DNA of 53,744 bases, the filler included, from Sluysia triapertura (lineage: Eukaryota): NCBI GenBank assembly GCA_046118255.1. It is 4 parts of 4 records of this genome, joined end to end, with 100 filler letters (N's around TTAATTAATTAA, not from the genome) between each part and the next. Parts side by side here need not be neighbours in the genome. Positions count along the whole stretch, not along the records: positions 28,124 to 40,430 come from JBJNIA010120972.1; positions 40,531 to 53,744 come from JBJNIA010052665.1; 2 more parts are not named here. The stretch is one strand, 5' to 3'. Positions within the stretch are counted from its first letter, which is position 1. Every line of letters starts with the position of its first letter. Made by a program: the position numbers and the translations under genes. The notes beneath the pieces are model-generated. The model had not been told where the DNA came from. It did no database searches and worked only from the letters and a program-made list of their open reading frames with translations. This document shows positions 39,190-50,870 of this stretch, piece after piece.

Positions 39190-39640
39190 AATAGTGTAAA
39201 TAAAGATAATGTAATCTTAATGCTTAACAAAGTAAATGTATGTAAAGCCATATTTGTATTTTGTAATGTGAATAAAGACAATGTAATCTTGAGGTTTAGC
39301 AAAGTAAACAAACATAAAGCCATATTTATATGTAATAATCCAAATAAAGATAGAGTAATCTTAATGTTTAATAAAGCAAATATAGATAGTCATATTTCAA
39401 TTCAATAATATAAATAAAAATAAAGTAATCTCGATGTTTAATAAAGTAAAGGTAGATAAAGTCACATGTCCATTTAGTAGTGCTAGTAAAGTAATCTTAA
39501 TGTCTAACAAAATTGACATGTCTCTATCTAGTAACGTAACAATCTTAATATCTAACAATGGAAACGTCTATAAATTCATGTTTCTATTTAGAAATCTAAA
39601 TAAATCTGAAGCAATCCTGATGTATAATAATGTAAACCTA
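39190..39640. repeat. Degenerate 72-bp tandem repeat made of 36-bp half-units
   Basis: AATAAAGA(T/C)A..GTAATCTT..TG(C/T)TTA.CAAAGTAAA recurs at about 39199, 39271, 39343 and 39413, with decayed units beyond. Confidence 0.8.
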
Positions 39641-40343
39641 AGTGAACTAAACTATCCAACCAGAGACGCATCAACAACGACTACCTCACGAAGAAAAATT
39701 CCTCCAGGCCATTATACATCACATACAAAATAATACGTCAATTCATATTATAGATAATAAAACTATTATCTATCATCCAACATCTAACTGATACACCACT
39801 GTCTCTCTACTTTAATGTGGACTCTTTTTAATGTGAACAAATGTTTACCTAGCCTTATACTCGATTATTTTGTGCAGGAAAGTAAGAATTTACAATTGTT
39901 ATTCTTTATGTTATATATTTTATGTTTCTTTATATATTTTTATTCTTTATGTTATATATTTTAGTTTTATAAATTCCTAATGTCTTATTCTTTCATTATC
40001 CTAGTGTTTATTAATTTAAATTGTAATGTGGTTTTAAAACAGTTTAAGTCTATCCTAAAATTAAATAAAAATTGGCATCTAGTTATTTTTATAATTTAAA
40101 GACAATTTATCTTAATCATATAATAGTTTGTTATTAGAAATTAAATAAACTTTATTTCAATTTGTTTTGTAATTATTTTCGAATTTCAATCCCATACTCA
40201 TTATCACTCTTATATAATCATTCGAATAAAACCGTTTACAACAATTATTGTTATTTTTCTTTAAACCAAATTTCTTGAAAATTCAAAACATTTACTACAA
40301 TAATAAAGATTTATGTTGCAATAAATTTTCTGCACCGTTTCAT

Positions 40344-40345
<2 letters not shown>

Positions 40346-40387
<42 letters not shown>

Positions 40388-40393
40388 TAATAA

Positions 40394-40424
<31 letters not shown>

Positions 40425-40430
40425 AATAAT
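40346..40430. repeat. (AAT)n microsatellite at contig end
   Basis: Direct reading. Confidence 0.95.
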
Positions 40431-40530
40431 NNNNNNNNNNNNNNNNNNNNNNNNNNNNNNNNNNNNNNNNNNNNTTAATTAATTAANNNNNNNNNNNNNN
40501 NNNNNNNNNNNNNNNNNNNNNNNNNNNNNN
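40431..40530. other. Assembly gap with TTAATTAATTAA linker
   Basis: 44 N + linker + 44 N. Confidence 0.97.
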
Positions 40531-40719
40531 TATATTCGTGATTTTTTGTTTTTCCAAATAATAAAAACAAATCTCTTTTTACATATAATAAAAATTAAAC
40601 ATATGAAAACATTTCTGATTATTTTTTTACATTCAAAAATAAAAGATAAATCAATTTAATGACTTTACACTTACAGTATTTGAGGTTAATAATGAAATAT
40701 TTAGGTCTTATTGGTTTCC

Positions 40720-41482
40720 ATACATTTTTTACAGCTTATAGGGTTTAGCACATTTAGAACAAATTATTTTAGTTTTGTTTCCATTGCAATATTTATCTGG
40801 CACCACTGTTGAGCAGGTGAAACTGGTGGTACTTTTGCTTTTTTAGATTTTCTTTTTCATCTTCTTAACTTAAAAATTTTCTGCCAGCTCTTCGGCTTGT
40901 TTGAATAGAAACTTTTGCCTCAAAATGTTTTCACCCGTTGTCTCCTACATAACACCCACGCATTAATTCATTTCAGATCCAAAATATTGAAAAAAGCTTG
41001 CAACGGGCATCTTCGTGATTTAGATTTTATGGAGTATTTTCTTGCCATTTGATCTGACACATAAACACCAAATTTATTATTGTTGTAGAACCGGATTGTG
41101 TCTGGTTTACACTTTTTAGTGTCTTCAATTTTGATGGTTTTATTCTTTGAACTAAATATCAAAACCGTTTCATTGGCTTTACATTTGTTTTACTTTTACT
41201 ATGAGCGTAAAATGTTCTGATCTGAACAGATTACTTGAATAAAGGGACATGTTATCCTTCGCCTGTTTTGGCAAAAGTCCCGACGAGAGTAGTTCTTTTC
41301 TGCAGCAACTTTGAAGCCAGAGATAGACTTGTAAAAAAGTTATGTGTTATAACAGATGTTCCACATTTTGTCAAATTCTGATAATGGAACTGAAGAAATT
41401 TTGTCTTCATCCTTCTCCAGATATGGAAAACCATTTACACTGTATTTGGTCTTTATATCAGATGCCAACCAAATACCTCTAG
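40720..41482 (-). pseudogene. piggyBac (PGBD4-like) transposase pseudogene, 5'-truncated
   Basis: IWLASDIKTKYSVNGFPYLEK; VITHNFFTSLSLASKLLQKRTTLVGT; KPDTIRFYNNNKFGVYVSDQMARKYSIKSKSRRCPLQAFFNILDL; NAWVL..ETTGENI; C-terminal Cys-rich remnant. GGTCAATTGACC subterminal palindrome at about 41606. Confidence 0.93.
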
Positions 41483-41918
41483 ATACCTTTACATATATAT
41501 GTAATAACGTTATTTTATTAACATTTTTACATTTATAAACATTATAAGTACTTATATTACATAAAAACATATGAAAACCTCATGGTTGCATAGAATTTAA
41601 ATCATGGTCAATTGACCCGTCGCAATAATAAAAGCAAAAGTAAAAAACGTTATACGAAAAAGAAGAAATTAATGTTTTAAGAAAAGTCATTGCAAAAATA
41701 TATATAATTGGTGGTTTAATAAAAAAATCCTACAATAACCTTTAAACGGTGTGAATAATGTTAAGATCCCAATTAACCAGGATCTATGATAAAATTTTAA
41801 ATATTAGATTAACTGTGAATGATATATTTTAAGGGTATTTTGAAACAATATAAAATATTACTACGAAAGAAATGGGTTTAAAATAACTAATATGGTTAAT
41901 CAATAATATTAAATTATG

Positions 41919-41932
41919 ACACACACACACAT

Positions 41933-41967
<35 letters not shown>
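41919..41967. repeat. (AC)n(AT)n microsatellite
   Basis: Direct reading. Confidence 0.9.
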
Positions 41968-41974
<7 letters not shown>

Positions 41975-43829
41975 CCAAGATTAAAACTTACAATTATTAA
42001 TTTGAATTACTTAATTAAAAAAAATTTTTCAACAACCTTTTTTAAATGGTTGATTATTTAGTTTATACAAATTTTTAGTAGATTTTACAAACAAATTCTT
42101 GTTAAACTTATATAAATTCCAACTAACGTAACGAAAAATCTTGTATTCTATTCGAAAAAATCATCTAGAAAGAATCCTCTAATGTGCTTACCAAGAAATT
42201 AAAATTGATTGAATGATCAAAAATCAAGAATTAATTTTGCGTGACTTGTGTTAAAGTTGGTTATTTGAATATTTTTTCAAGGTTAAAAATAGTGCGTTAT
42301 TTTAATCAAGAATTGAAATAATGTTTTTAATTATTAAACTACTCAAAAATAATTGAGTATTTTAAATAATTAAAAATCATTTGATATTTTGAAATAAAAA
42401 GTAATTTGATTTTTTAGAAATAGAATACAAAATTATTTTTAGGTTATTGATTTATATAATATAAATAGTACTAATATGTAGTAGTCTATAAACAGCATGT
42501 AAATAAATATATTGATTGATTGACATTACAGAGTTAAGGATCAACTAGTATGTGTCAGTGAAAACGAGGTTTTTTTGAGGTCAAGAAAGATGCTATGGTT
42601 CGTTTAGAATTCCCTATTATAGCGAGGTTAGTTTTTTATTTAAATTTTATGAATGATCCATTTTATAAGGATCTTATATTTAAATGATTTTTAGTTATTA
42701 TAAATAACAATGTATTATTTTTTCTTGTATATTATAAATTTTTGAAATAATATAAATTATTTAATTAACTGTTTTAATTAAATTTAAATTAATGAAATTA
42801 AATTAAATTTTTTAATGAAATTTTCAATGTTCATTCACAAGAATTTAATAGTAATTATATTTATTTTCAAAAAAATATATACAAATATATGATCGTATTA
42901 ATATTTATTCAGAAAAACGTATACAATTTTAATAATTATAAATAACTTCAATTACATTATGAATATAATTTCTTTAATAGGATTATTTTTATCAAATTAT
43001 TTTTGACAGATAATTGTTTAACGTTAAAATCTATTAATATTTAAATAGACGATCTATTAAAACATTACTAAACAATTACAATTACGGTTTAAGTGTATTT
43101 TAATTATTTTCTAAAATTATCACATAAAATTAACTAACGAAGATTTTACAATTCAATTTAAATATCTAATTTTTGGAATTCTCAAATTGTTTGTTACGCG
43201 ATCACTCAATAAATAATTGTACAAAGAATTCAATATAATTAATTATAGAACTGAGGTTTATAAATTTCGTCCAAAATTTGTTCTATTCAAAATAACCAAA
43301 AATTTAGTGCAGTAAACAAATTTAAATGTAAATTTTTTTTATTTGATCACATTTATTTTATAGTCAATTTAAACTTTACGTGATGAAATTTCAATGTACT
43401 TATAATTTTAAATGACTATACCTCAATAATAATTTATAACAAGATTAGTTTAAAATAGGTATTTTTTAATAATATAATTATAATAATAAATAATGATTTT
43501 AATAAATAATAATAATGATAATAACAATAATAATGACTATTTTTACATCTTTATCAAAAAATATAAATTACATTTAATATTTTAAAAATAACATTTACTT
43601 CACAATTTAATCTTTATATATTTACATAATTTATACTATACTTTATACTTTTACATAAACTTTATAATTTATATTATTGTTATCATTTTATTATTATCAC
43701 TGTTGTACATTCATAATTTGTATTAATGAATAATTTTTAATTTTTATATTAATAATTGTATTAATTTTTATATTAATTTGTCATTAATGTACTTGTGTTT
43801 ATTAAAATTCTTAATTCACTTACTAAAGA

Positions 43830-44095
43830 TTTTTTGAAGGAATACAGTTTTTAGTAAGGTCGAAAAATCCTACGTAAACTATTCCTACTGAATTTGATTT
43901 AGTAAGGATACCGTTTTTAATTGAACGGTAGTAAAATCTTATGTAAACTACAAAATATTGTAGTTAGTTACTATCAAGACAAGTTTAAGATTTTACCCCA
44001 TTATTTTAAAAAATAAAACTCCACTATTATTCTTGCTGATACCTATGAACTAGCCATTAAGTGTATAAGTCTAGGATCGTAGAGACTCACGTATT
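43830..44095 (-). other. Structured non-coding element, copy B-minus
   Basis: Reverse complement of 44042-44092 is ACGTGAGTCTCTACGATCCTAGACTTATACACTTAATGGCTAGTTCATAGG, followed by GATTTTAC + hairpin TACCGTT/AACGGTA and TAGTTTACGTAGGATTTTTC modules. Confidence 0.6.
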
Positions 44096-44189
44096 ACTTT
44101 TCATATTACTATTAACTCAATATTTCGCTACATTATTATTAATATAAACCTAGATTATTGTGAGAAAAAAGTTTGTTTCTACTTTACTG

Positions 44190-44320
44190 CACGAGAATAA
44201 AAAATATAAGTGTGTGAGTTCATCAACATATCTAGTCTTACCACTTAGGGCTAGTCGTTGGATTTAAAAGCAAGATAAAACTTTAATGCTTATGGAGGTT
44301 CAATGTCCTACATAAACTAA
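44190..44320 (+). other. Structured non-coding element, copy B-plus (core only)
   Basis: GAGAATAAAA...GTGAGTTCATCAACATATCTAGTCTTACCACTTAGGGCTAGTCGTTGGA (44214-44262). Confidence 0.7.
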
Positions 44321-46857
44321 TAAATGACTAATAAAATTCTTTATTGCTTACTGTTTTTATTATCGGTTTATAGAATCGAAATTTTCTTAGCTAATTCTTA
44401 CTTTAATTTATTTTGGTTAAAAAATGAAATTGAATCTAGAGGTTTTATTTAAATTAACAAATTTTATTGATTCTTACTTAAACAGAACCATACAATCTTT
44501 TATGATTTAATTACTTTTGTTAAAAAAATATAATTAAGGAACACAAATAGTTAGAGAAAGTTTTATTGTACAAAATAAAATTATTATAATTACAAATAGT
44601 AAAATAAAAATGAAATTTTTTTTGAATTTCTTATTATACCAGAAATTCCTTGCAATTGAAGTTAAAAATGAAGATTTAATTCTTCCTATCAAATTAAACG
44701 ATAGGGTAAAACAACATGCAATATTTTAAGTGGAATTTAATCTGTAAACTTTTAAATGTTTACTAAAAACTTATTAAAATAAAACTAACGATTATTCAAT
44801 ATAAAGCAACAGAAAATTTAAATTGTTCACAGATGTAAGTATACGCAAACTGTTTGTAATTATACACTGACAAATTGTCACAAATCAAATTGTTCAAAAA
44901 ATCTGTAAGAATGTAATTGTGAAGTGAAAATTGTGAATTGTTAAACATTTGTGTTTGTATTTTTATAGTTTAATAATCTATAAAACAAAATATTACATTT
45001 TCAAAAATTTTCAAATATTATTACTCTAAAATTTTAAAATATTATTATTACTTTATTTTAGAATAAGATTTTAAAAAAATTATTATTATGATTTACAAAA
45101 ATATTACCTTACTAGCATATTCAAAATCCAGTTATTTACAATAAAAATCAATAATTATGTGTAATCACTATATAAAATCAATAATTAGTGTTAGTGTTAA
45201 CTGACAATATATTAATAAACAAATCTTATTACAGTGTAATAATTGAAAGTTTACGTTTGATAGAAGTATTTTAGGATGTAATAAGAGTGATAAGGCGATG
45301 TTAATATTATAAATGATTTATCTTAAGTTCTTTTGAATATTTGCAGTTAAATGTGATTAGTTTACCTATGAGTTCTAAAGATGTGATTGCTAAAAGTTTG
45401 TAAAATATGTAAGGTGTAGCGTGAAAAGTTATGGAAATTTTGAAATGTTAAGTGATTTATATTGAATGTTTATGAACATTTCATTGGTTCTAATTACTTT
45501 CTGTTAATTCTTGATCAGTACACTCCACTATATTTTTATGTTAAACATTCGAAACCAAATAAATTTAAAATTATTATACAATGAAAAATTTTATCTGTAC
45601 ATAGAGAACCGCAAGGATTGACAATAGATACACTATTATGTAAAACAGAAATTACAAAATACAATTTGTACAAAGATGTATTATTTAATGCATTCTTTTT
45701 GTTGAGTTACAGTTACGAATTGTGATAAAAGTTTAACTATTTATTTATACTTTATTTTATCTTTTATTTGATTTAGGAAATACAACGGAAATTTAATATT
45801 GTTACTTTGGAAACAAATAATAACGCCTTTGTGGATTTCTGACCAAAATATTTCTCAAATAAATTACATTTAATCAATGTTTCATAAACTTTATCTGAAT
45901 GTTTATCATAATCGGTTTAGATATTTGTTGTTTTATTTCAAATTAAATCAAAATTTTAATATACAAATACTGGAAATGAATTTTCAATTATTAAATTAAT
46001 ACATTTTTTGAAAATCAGAATTTTGAAATTATTATTTAAACTACATTAGTACTATTTTAATAATAATGTCGATATTGTGACCTCCATAATATATAAAATA
46101 TAAGATTACAAAAAATGAAGAAGTTAATTAAATGGAGTTAATAATCTATCATTTAATACAATGTTTTTTTAAAACTAAATAGTATTGTTTATTTCATATT
46201 TTTCATTAAAACTATTTTTCAAATAAAATAGGTATTTTTTTCATATCTTAAGCTTCATTGGTTTATAATTTTTGTTTATAAAAATAAATATGTATAGTAC
46301 ATTCACTGAAAAACTAAGAAACTGTTTATTTTTGTAAAGAGTTATGTAAATTATCTAGTTTAGCAAAATATGTGTTGTTTTACTGTATTTTATTTACAAA
46401 CAATTTGTAATAATACAAATAAATTACATAAAATGATTTACACGAGAAGAAAGTAAAATAAGAAATAAGCAATAAATATGAAGATCAGTACTGTTTATGG
46501 ACTTGACAAAGCATTTCTGTAAGTTAAAGTGACAGAAAAATAATATTCTCTTTTTCGGAACCAAAATGTTTGCATATTACTTGATGTTCTGGAAAATGGC
46601 AAACAATATACATTGAACAATAACAAACACTATTGGTATCGATGAGATATATGAAAATAAAACCTAAAGGGCCAAAATTAATATGAAAGAATTGATAGAA
46701 GAATTAAACTACCTGGTAATTGTTCGTTCTTCAAACATTTTTAAATGTGTTCTGAATTAATAGTTATTTTCAAGAAATATTTCGAATATATTTTGTAACA
46801 TTCGTGGAATGAAAAGAATTTTATTTTGAAAATGACTACAAATGCTTAAACAGTAAG

Positions 46858-46976
46858 ATTACATATTTACGTAAGATGAGATATTTATTATTGAATTAAT
46901 AGTAGGCTCACTTTTTAATGAATATTTAATGCTGTAATTCAATAATAAATAATCTCGTCATACGTAAATATGTAAT
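46858..46976. repeat. About 41-bp-arm inverted repeat (MITE-like foldback)
   Basis: ATTACATATTTACGTAAGATGAGATATTTATTATTGAATTA pairs with TAATTCAATAATAAATAATCTCGTCATACGTAAATATGTAAT with few mismatches. Confidence 0.75.
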
Positions 46977-47844
46977 GTTAGTATTCGATTTTTTTATATT
47001 TTATAAAATATATTAAAAATTTTATTGCCATATTAAAATATAACAAACATTGATTATTTTATTATTCGTTGTGATTAATTGACTTTGATTATTATTTTAC
47101 CAGAACTAATAATAATAAAAATATATCAAAGAACAACTTGATGACTCGGTAAACTAAAACAAAAAATATTCAGAATAATAAATTTCAGTACTATAAAGAA
47201 ACATTTATTAAAAGCGTTAACGATTGATATCAACCTAACAATAAATTCCATTTCCAGAAAACCTACTTAATTTATATTTCCTGTTTCTTTACTACATTTG
47301 TTATCAATAACTATTTTTCTTTTGTGCTAAATATTTTTCTAAAATTTAAGTTATTCGGTGAAATTTTGGTCAAAAAAATGTTAATTTATTTTGTTATTTT
47401 GTTTGATATTCTAATTTCTTAATAAAACCTATCTTTTGACAAAATTTTGTATATGTTTAGTTTTTATTAAGTTATTTTACTTTTAAACCACAAAAAGTGA
47501 GAGTTTCATTGCATTTTATTTGATATATCATCGTTCATCAATATTACATATTATTTTGCGAAACTTTTGCCATGTTCGATTACGAGGTAATCATAGAAGT
47601 CAAGACAAATCTAAGTAAAATATTATTTTATTTAATTATATTTGTTAATTTATTATTTGTAGGTTCAGAAACCTTAATTTAATAAATATATAAATTTGCA
47701 GTATTTAACTACCATTAAAAATAAACAAAATTGGTTACAATTAAATTAACACTTAAAATGCCCGTTATTTTTTGGAAACTTTATGTATACCACCGACTAC
47801 TTTGCAAAAATTGAAGACGCATGCATTCTTATACATAAAATTGT

Positions 47845-49120
47845 GTGATTTTAAAAGTAAATAAGATCCTTAGAGAATAAAATAAGATTTTTAAGTGCTA
47901 GGCTTACCGGTTAGGGCTAGCCGTTGGATTTATAGAGAAAATGTTTTTTAATTGAAGACGGGAATATCTTCCTAAAGTGTCTGCGAATTTATTGAGATAC
48001 TCAGTGAGTCTATTTAAATATTTTACTTTCTGTCAAATAACAATTAAATACTTAAATGCTTATCAATCAAATTTAGCTGAGTTCTGGAAGTATTTTAATA
48101 GAATTTATAATCAAATGGGGAGTTAATGCAAATATTTTACTAACTGAAAAATATTGGTTAAATTTTACATTATTAAAATAGTTTACGTAAATCCTGTGAA
48201 AAGGATTTGTAATGAATGATTTTACCGTATCAGAATTAAATTCTGATAAGTGAAAACTTTGCTTTAGTAGAGATTTTATATTTAAAACTATGAAAATTAA
48301 TTATTAATAAAAAGGAACTATCAAATAGTTTATATTATATACTTAGTATGATAAAAAAGAAATATAAAAATTGATAAATATATTGCGGAGAGTTAATCTT
48401 ATAAAAATAATAATTTAATAATTGATTTTATGGGAAATTATTATAAGTTTCGAAATTAATTACAAAAATTTTATTGTAAGTCGATTTTACGGGGAATCTT
48501 ATCGTATCCTAAACTTAATATAATAAACTAACGTAATATTCTGTGTAAAAGAAAAATCTGGTTGTAATATCTTCTTAATCTTACTCTTGTACGCACTTCT
48601 TCCGAATGAAATATTTATAAAAACTGGTTAACGTAGTATAAAATTGTGTGAAAAATTGTAAGTTTTATGCGTATTTATGTACTTAATTTAACTGGCCTTG
48701 GCCAAATTAAAACAAAACTATTTATTTAATTGTTAAAACAAAAATATTTCGATTAATAATTTTAAATTTGATTAATTTCAAAAAATATTAAAGTTTACAT
48801 TTAATTAATAAAATTACTTACTTTAGTTTAATTTAGATCCAAAATTAATAAAAGAATAATAATACAATTAATTTAAAAATCCAAAAATAATTCAGAAAAA
48901 TAAGCAATAAAAGAAATTAATCAATCAAAGTTCAATTAAAAATCAATCAATAATACAGAATGTAATAATTATAATAAACAAATGATAGTTCATGATTGTA
49001 TAAAATGAAATAACTCCTAAACAACAAATCATGTATTTATCAAAATTTCACATGATTTTAATAAATAAACGTTTTGCTCTACCGCTGGTCTACAATGATC
49101 GTGTTAATGCGTGGCCAGCA
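47845..49120 (+). other. Structured non-coding element, long copy C
   Basis: Core at 47898-47928; hairpins AAATCCT-GTGAAA-AGGATTT and ATCAGAAT-TAA-ATTCTGAT; long-range pair 48524-48536/48818-48830; collinear with copy D about 1.8 kb downstream. Confidence 0.75.
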
Positions 49121-49349
49121 CTTTAAGTGTTAACATATAAGTAAGATTTCTATATTTCAAAACAGCTTATACACATTAGAATATTATTTTAAAATCTTAG
49201 AAAATTTGTCTTTATACACTTTTGTTAAGTTGTCATCACAAAATACTCTAAAATTATGTATGTCTTTGCAAACATTTAAAATCACTTAAAATGTTTATTT
49301 TCCACAAAAATAAAATTTCTAAAAAATTCGCTTCTAAAAATAGAATTGA

Positions 49350-49425
49350 AACTTCTAGAATTTTCTAGGAAATTTCATCGATTCCCATTCGCCAATGACT
49401 ATTATATAAACTAGCATCAGTTTAG
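49350..49425 (+). promoter_or_regulatory. Promoter-like block: HSE-like array, CCAAT, TATA, Inr-like TCAGT
   Basis: TTCTAGAATTTTCTAGGAA (49353-49371), CCAAT (49392), TATATAAA (49403) and TCAGT (49417). TATA-Inr spacing is shorter than canonical. Confidence 0.5.
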
Positions 49426-49644
49426 TGAGAATCACCATTTTAAAATTTCAAGCTTTGTCAACCATTTTAAAAATTATTCGTCTCTATTTCGCTTTGAAAT
49501 TTTTATCAATTTCAGTCGCCATTTTACTTGTAGATGATTATTCGAGTTTTATTCAATACTGTCTATTGATTCGGAAGCAGTTTTTCCATGTTCTCCATAA
49601 GTTATTTTTATTAAGACATTACTAATAATAAAATATTAGTATCG

Positions 49645-50870
49645 TAACATTCGTGGGGATTTTAAAAGTAAGACTTATCCTTATAGAATAAAATATAATT
49701 TTAACGTGAGTCCACCAATATACTAGGCTTACCAGTTAGGGCTAGCTGTTGGAATTTTGCAATTAAAGAGATTAACAATATAACTCAATGCTTGCTTAAA
49801 TGCTTAGTGAATTTCAGTTAAATTGTGGAGGTATTTTAAAGAATTCAAGTATTTATTAAAAATAATTATTTAAGGAATAGTTTTCGTAAATCCTATGAAA
49901 AGGATTTGTAATTAATGATTTTTCGTCATCAGAATTAAATTCTAATAAAGCTTTTGATGGACGGGCGATTTTATCATTTTGAAACTATGTAAATTATTTA
50001 TTATACAAATAACAAGACTTTTTTTCCTCGAATGTATATTAATAAAAATTATACAAGAATTCAATAATTATAATTAAGAAATAAAATTGTTGTTTAAATT
50101 AAGTACCAGAGTTAATATTTTGTTTTACAATGGATTTTAATTTGATTCTTCGTAGGAACCGTTAAAAGGTTCCGTATATCTTTAAAATAGATTTTTAGTA
50201 GATTTTACATTGGATACTTATAAGTATCAAATCCTACAAAAATAAACTAACGTGTTATAAATTATTCTATTGTTAAATAAAAAGAAAGTTCAATCAGTGG
50301 GATGATCTTTCAGAAGAAATGTCTCGAAAATATAATTCTATTATGATATCAAGTGGAGAGAAGTTTTCCTTATATATTCAAAATCAACGAAGCGCGGTTG
50401 TAATTTTTTGAAATTTTATTCTGTATCGTGAAATTTTTTCACGCGTATTTATGTATATTTTGTAGTGGCCATGAAAAAATTTAAAACAAAACTATTTAAA
50501 ATGAAATAATTTTGAAAAATAAAATAATTTAGAACTATTTAAATGATTTTTCTAAATTAATAAGCACTTACGTTAGTTTAATTCTTTAAAAAGAATTATT
50601 TTCCACAAATATTATTAAAATATAGTAATTTGTTCAAACATCGAAAAAATTAACTATTGTTATAAATAAATATGATAATGATGTATATAAATCGATAATC
50701 AGTTAAAACTAAAACGTGTATTACAATGTCCAATAACATAAATACAAATATACAGATTAATATACAGATTACATCATCACAAATATATGAAATTTTATCG
50801 CATTAGATTTTATTCTGATGTGCTTTATCAATATTTTAAAAGTGATTTTATCACCGACTTAAGCCACCCC
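49645..50870 (+). other. Structured non-coding element, long copy D
   Basis: Core at 49704-49753; hairpins AAATCCT-ATGAAA-AGGATTT, GGAACC/GGTTCC and GATACTT/AAGTATC; long-range pair 50243-50254/50569-50580. Confidence 0.75.

Noticed and set aside
39190-39640. 72-bp repeat as a CRISPR array or leucine-rich repeat
   Set aside because: No constant-repeat/unique-spacer pattern, eukaryotic context, and no LxxLxLxxN consensus in the frames examined.
49723-49753. Core hairpin as a known small ribozyme (hammerhead, pistol, twister) or Helitron 3' end
   Set aside because: No CUGAnGA/GAAA core and no pistol pseudoknot partner seen. Homology continues for about 1 kb past the CTAG, so it is not a Helitron terminus.
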